In this document: piece after piece, positions 15,214-19,301 of the stretch
How positions within the stretch are numbered: the stretch's first letter is position 1
Layout: the number at the start of each line of letters is the position of its first letter
Assembly: GCA_033762915.1 (NCBI GenBank)
Contig: JANRLD010000104.1
Span: forward strand, 1 to 19,301
DNA: 19,301 nt
Source: Meiothermus sp.
GTDB lineage: Bacteria; Deinococcota; Deinococci; Deinococcales; Thermaceae
Direction of reading: 5' to 3'
Notes under the pieces: generated by a model
What the model saw: the letters and a program-made list of their open reading frames with translations, nothing else
What the model was told of the DNA's origin: nothing
Databases searched by the model: none
Position numbers and translations under genes: made by a program

Positions 15214-17157
15214 ATGAGCACTCTTCGTCTACACTTCTTCGCCACCTTAGTGCTGGTTCTGGCCGCCTGTCAGCAGGGCCAGCCCCCCGCCCCTACCCCC
15301 ACCCCCGACTTCGAGTTTCAAGTAGCCGAAGCCCTGAGCCTGGTACAGGGGCAGCAGCAGACCCTCGAACTCACCCTGACCCGCAAGCACGGCCACAGCG
15401 AAGCCATACAGTGGAGCCTCGAGGCTGCGGAGGGCAACACCTTGCCCAGCGGCCTGAGCGCCAGCTTCAGCCCCAACCCTAGCCCCGCAAACACCGAGCA
15501 GCTTAGCCTCAGGGCTGCCGCCTCGCTGGCCGCCCAGGACTACGCTCTGCGGCTGCGGGCCAGGGCCGGAACCCTCGAGAAGACCCGCCCGCTGCACCTA
15601 ACCGTACAGCAGGCCCATGCCAACCCGCCCACCCCCGGCCTCGCCCTCAGCCTCGACAACCCCAGCCCCAGCGTGACTCAAGGCAACCGCATCACCCTAG
15701 CCCTGACCCTCAACCGCACCAACCTGACCCAGCCCATCACCCTCAGCGTGGTGCAACCAAACGGCAGCGCCCTGCCCTCGGGCCTCGAGGCCAGCTTCGA
15801 TCCCAACCCCGCCAGCGCCAACTCGAGCGCCCTGCGCCTTAATGTCGCAACGAGCGTGACCGCCCAAAGTTACGCCTTGCAGGTGCGCGGAGTGGCGGGC
15901 GGCGTGAACGCCAGCCTGAACTTTAGCCTCGAGGTACGTCCCGCGCCGGTAAGCCAGACCGTCACCCTCACCACCCGTCGTAAAGAAACGGGACAACTCG
16001 AGAACGCCCGATTTGTAGCTTTTCAAAATGGTGATGCCGCTTGGCAAACCCTGATCGGCAGCAACGGCACATACAGCGCTACGGTGACCAACTCTGAGGG
16101 GCGCTATGGCGTGATCGCAGTATGTTCCCAGCCAGATTTTGGCTTCAGCATGGCATACGTTCAATCCGCCCATTTGACAACTCAAGAAACGACGCGGCTC
16201 GAGTTGTGTGAAGGTGCTCCACAACCCGCACGCGATGATTTTGCTGGGGTAACAGGTCGAGCCTTCGGACTAACGCCCGATGATCCAGGGTTTTCTATTT
16301 CGAGCTGGAACGCTGAACAACTCAGTCCAGGCGAAGCACCACGGTACGACCTGTTGGCTTTTCGTGGGGTCATAAATGTGTATGCGGTTCGACGGCCCTC
16401 GGCGGCCCGTTCGCCCAACGGGCAGATGGCGACTCGAGGGTTTTTCATCCGCGACATTGACCTAAATGCTACCCCTTACGTCAACCGCGATGTGGACTTT
16501 TTAGGACCACAGGCCTTCGACTTAGCCGGGCCTTTTACGGTCAATGTCACTAACGCCGCATTAGGGGCCACCTATAGCTTGGAATTGGCGTTCCAGGGCA
16601 CCATACTGGGTCGCAACGGCAACGGCAGCCATAGCATGAGCTACCGCGCCATCCCTGATCATCAGATTCGTAGTGGTGAGTTTCACATTATGATGATTCG
16701 AGGAGACTCTAACCAACTTATTGTTCGTACCTTTGCCACTGCTAGCAACCTCAGCATCGCTGCACCACCCCGCTTTACTCCCACGACCACCCATAACAGT
16801 GGCCTTCCCCGTGTTGCTTGGACCCAGGCCAATCAAGGGATCTATATATTTACGTATAGACAAAACACAAATACGCCAAATGGCAATAGCCTTGCTACTG
16901 ACTGGAGGGCCTTAGTCTCGAGGGGCTGGCTTCAATCCAACCAAAACTATACCCTGCCCAATCTTAACGGTCTGGGTGGCTGGCAATCGGAATGGAATTT
17001 TAACCCAACCTCGCCCATTTCAGCCTCACTACTGGCCATCAACTACAACAACCCGCCCACCCGTCTACTCACCTATTCTGAGCACTACAACTATGGCCCT
17101 TTCATTCCCAATATGGCCTACGACGAGACCGTTGTGAGAACTACTATCAATCCTTAG
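15214..17157 (+). CDS. large surface lipoprotein with two tandem Ig-like repeats and a lower-GC C-terminal region
   Basis: Lipobox VLAAC, PT-rich linker, two ~105-aa beta-rich repeats sharing QG..TL.LTL.R and LPSGL.ASF.PNP..AN...Y ALxxR. Confidence 0.85.
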   Translation: MSTLRLHFFATLVLVLAACQQGQPPAPTPTPDFEFQVAEALSLVQGQQQTLELTLTRKHGHSEAIQWSLEAAEGNTLPSGLSASFSPNPSPANTEQLSLRAAASLAAQDYALRLRARAGTLEKTRPLHLTVQQAHANPPTPGLALSLDNPSPSVTQGNRITLALTLNRTNLTQPITLSVVQPNGSALPSGLEASFDPNPASANSSALRLNVATSVTAQSYALQVRGVAGGVNASLNFSLEVRPAPVSQTVTLTTRRKETGQLENARFVAFQNGDAAWQTLIGSNGTYSATVTNSEGRYGVIAVCSQPDFGFSMAYVQSAHLTTQETTRLELCEGAPQPARDDFAGVTGRAFGLTPDDPGFSISSWNAEQLSPGEAPRYDLLAFRGVINVYAVRRPSAARSPNGQMATRGFFIRDIDLNATPYVNRDVDFLGPQAFDLAGPFTVNVTNAALGATYSLELAFQGTILGRNGNGSHSMSYRAIPDHQIRSGEFHIMMIRGDSNQLIVRTFATASNLSIAAPPRFTPTTTHNSGLPRVAWTQANQGIYIFTYRQNTNTPNGNSLATDWRALVSRGWLQSNQNYTLPNLNGLGGWQSEWNFNPTSPISASLLAINYNNPPTRLLTYSEHYNYGPFIPNMAYDETVVRTTINP

Positions 17158-17207
17158 ATTTGCTCCGCAGGGAGCTTGGAAACACACTCGAGCCGACCCC
17201 AAAGCCT

Positions 17208-17744
17208 TTAGAGCCTAGAAATTTTATCTACCGCATCCTCGAGCGACATCTCGGTGGTATCCAAAACTATCCAGCCGTGTTCGCTAAGGCCAGCCAAGTT
17301 TGGCTCGAGCAGCCCATACACGCTGCGAATCCCCTCGTCCAAATACTGCCGCACCGGCTGGTCGCCAAAACGCCCAAAATTTCGGCGAAGGGCTTCGGCG
17401 ATGGTGGGAAAAAGGATGATTCCACGAATTTCGCCGCGTTCTACTTGGGTTTGGTATTCCAGCAAACCGTGGGGGTCATAGAAGTCGTCGAGCACTACCG
17501 CGAAACCCGCTTGGCTGTATTGCTTGGCCATAAACAGCGCGGTTTCTCGAGCAAGCCGCACCTGCTGGGCCAGAGGGTCGCCCCACTCGAGGGCCGGCAT
17601 CTCGAGGCCCGAAACCACCATATCACGCAGGTTGTCTACGGGAATATGCACGCTTTTGGCGAAGCGTTGGGCCAAGGCTTTAGCGGTAGTGGATTTGCCC
17701 ACAGCAGGTGAGCCGACCAGCAGAAAGATTGGGTTGGGGGTCAC
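17208..17744 (-). CDS. AAA / P-loop nucleotide kinase-like protein
   Basis: Walker A GSPAVGKST near the N-terminus, VVLDD, LRRN lid, LDTT. GTG at 17744 preceded by TATACT 6 nt upstream (ATG 17792 is the alternative start). Confidence 0.82.
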   Translation of the reverse strand: MTPNPIFLLVGSPAVGKSTTAKALAQRFAKSVHIPVDNLRDMVVSGLEMPALEWGDPLAQQVRLARETALFMAKQYSQAGFAVVLDDFYDPHGLLEYQTQVERGEIRGIILFPTIAEALRRNFGRFGDQPVRQYLDEGIRSVYGLLEPNLAGLSEHGWIVLDTTEMSLEDAVDKISRL

Positions 17745-17792
17745 GGGATGAGTATAGGTTGGCTCGAGTTGCTTGGGGGTTTGTCCATCCAT

Positions 17793-18383
17793 TCAATCAG
17801 GCGATTTTTGGTCTCCGCGCCCACTATGCGTCATTCCAAAAATTGCCACCGCCACAATCATTAGTCCACTGGCCGCCCCGCGCATCAAGAGGTCTTGCAT
17901 GTTCTCGGTTCCGTACACGGCTTGCGAAAAGAATTTCACAAAAATCGCCACCACTATCACGTCGGTGAGCTTGGATTTGAGTTCGCTCAAAGAGGTGATT
18001 TTGAGCCAACGTGGAGCGTTGGTCGGGGTTCCGATAAACAGGGTGTATAGACCAAACCCCACAATCAGCAGCGCCACCGCCACCAACAAAACGTCGGCCT
18101 GTTCAATTCCAGAAATCAACAATTGTTTGACTGCTTCTTTTGTCCCAAAAAGCCCGAGGTTGGCCCAAATATCAATAACAGTGCGGGCTATGGCGGCAAC
18201 AAAAAGCGCAACCGCTAAGAGGGAACTCGAGATCACTCCCAAAACCGCGAGAAACCGCATAACACCAACCATCTGATTGTCTATAAATGAAGCTGTCCGC
18301 TCGTCGAAGTTAGCCTCACCACGGTTTGGCAACCCCCCACTTCGGCGACCTCGAGCCTCGTTTCCTGAATCATTTGGTTCCAT
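17793..18383 (-). CDS. YqhA family (UPF0114) membrane protein
   Basis: D.LL...L.I.GFGLY.LFI, PRWLKITSLSELKSKL..VIVV. ATG 18383 preceded by TAAAGT 7 nt upstream. Confidence 0.85.
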   Translation of the reverse strand: MEPNDSGNEARGRRSGGLPNRGEANFDERTASFIDNQMVGVMRFLAVLGVISSSLLAVALFVAAIARTVIDIWANLGLFGTKEAVKQLLISGIEQADVLLVAVALLIVGFGLYTLFIGTPTNAPRWLKITSLSELKSKLTDVIVVAIFVKFFSQAVYGTENMQDLLMRGAASGLMIVAVAIFGMTHSGRGDQKSPD

Positions 18384-18545
18384 AGGTGATACTTTACTGT
18401 GCAAACGTTCGAGTCCACAGCGATTTCTTGGATTGGGCAAGAGCTCGAGACGAGCCAGGGTTGCTCGAGCCACCAGCAGGGCGGAGGGGTATTTGGACTC
18501 GAGAGCTTGCAGGAGGCGTCTAACGCTTTGTGCTACCATAAGCCT

Positions 18546-18770
18546 ATGAGCAAGCAGCAGGTTCTAGAACAAGCGCTCTCCCTCTCCCTCGAGGAACGGG
18601 CCGATCTAGCGCACGAATTGCTCCTGAGCCTCGAGGAGACCACCCCCGAGGAGAACGCCCGCCGGTGGGGCGAGGTCGCGGCAAAGCGGGCAGAGAAAAT
18701 TCGGTCTGGCGAGATTAAGGGTATTCCTACCGAAGAAGTATTGCGCGATGTCAAGTCCAGAATGGGTTAG
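18546..18770 (+). CDS. addiction-module antitoxin (TIGR02574 / Unstab_antitox-like)
   Basis: ALSLSLEERADLAHELLLSL...W..V..R...G...IP.EEV. TGcTACCAT 6 nt before the ATG. Confidence 0.85.
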   Translation: MSKQQVLEQALSLSLEERADLAHELLLSLEETTPEENARRWGEVAAKRAEKIRSGEIKGIPTEEVLRDVKSRMG

Positions 18771-19074
18771 CTACTTCGATCCCGAGGCACGGCTCGAGTT
18801 CATCCGGGCCACCGAGTATTACCGGGTGACTGCACCCAACCTCAACCGCAAGTTCATAGATGCCTTTGAAGACACCCTGGCCTATGTGCTGGACTTTCCC
18901 GAGGCCAACGCTGTATTTCACCCACCCGACATCCGCCGCTTAGCCATCAAGAAGTTCCCCTACTATCTGGTCTACATTATCGAACCCGATGCAATTTTCA
19001 TCGTTGCCGTGGCGCACGAGCGGCGCGAACCGCTGTACTGGCTGCCCCGCCTCGAGGAGCCGGGCCGCCGGTGA
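18748..19074 (+). CDS. type II toxin, RelE/ParE family
   Basis: PEARLEF..A..YY......F......I/V..FP...IRR....FPY.LVY......IVAVAHERR.P.YW. Overlaps the antitoxin 3' end by 23 nt. Confidence 0.88.
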   Translation: MSSPEWVSYFDPEARLEFIRATEYYRVTAPNLNRKFIDAFEDTLAYVLDFPEANAVFHPPDIRRLAIKKFPYYLVYIIEPDAIFIVAVAHERREPLYWLPRLEEPGRR

Positions 19075-19301
19075 GGTTCTGAGGCGGATCGAGCCTAACC
19101 AAATCGAGCCATCAGCGTGAAGGAGGGGTATTGCTCCTAAAGGGGAACTCAAATTCATGAAGGCACAAAAGAACCGGCACAAACAGCTTTGGTATGCTGT
19201 ATCCCGAAAATGTCTAAAGATCAAAAGGACGATCAAAACCTAATCAACCAATCTGGCTTTACTTTACAGATGGTTTTGACCAAAACTCTTAGAGACAATG
19301 G

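Noticed and set aside
18940..19236. 98-aa minus-strand ORF
   Set aside because: Antisense to the toxin and runs into AT-rich intergenic DNA; no motif.

Overview
High-GC bacterial chromosomal window, most likely Deinococcus-Thermus (Meiothermus/Calidithermus-like). This is inferred from the Thermus-type 23S 5' end, an unlinked rrl with its own promoter, and many apparently leaderless genes. Left to right: the 5' end and promoter of a 23S rRNA gene (- strand); an AlkZ/YcaQ-like winged-helix protein; a minus-strand ispF / UPF0126 / receiver-TrxB-like run; HD hydrolase, DUF3147-like and DUF1801-like genes; an SDR (2,4-dienoyl-CoA reductase-like) gene bracketed by two degenerate inverted non-coding repeat arms; two TPR-like proteins; a blue-copper lipoprotein; a thiol/persulfide operon (thioredoxin-fold protein, rhodanese lipoprotein, membrane-TlpA fusion, His-less CsoR/CstR-type repressor) with two matching operators; a divergent GH125-like enzyme; and a lower-GC tail (mosaic lipoprotein, P-loop kinase, YqhA, ParE-type toxin-antitoxin pair). 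The most striking features not explained by the genes are the inverted repeat arms around the SDR gene and about 90 copies of the palindrome CTCGAG (manual count). All product calls come from motif recognition by eye; no searches were run.
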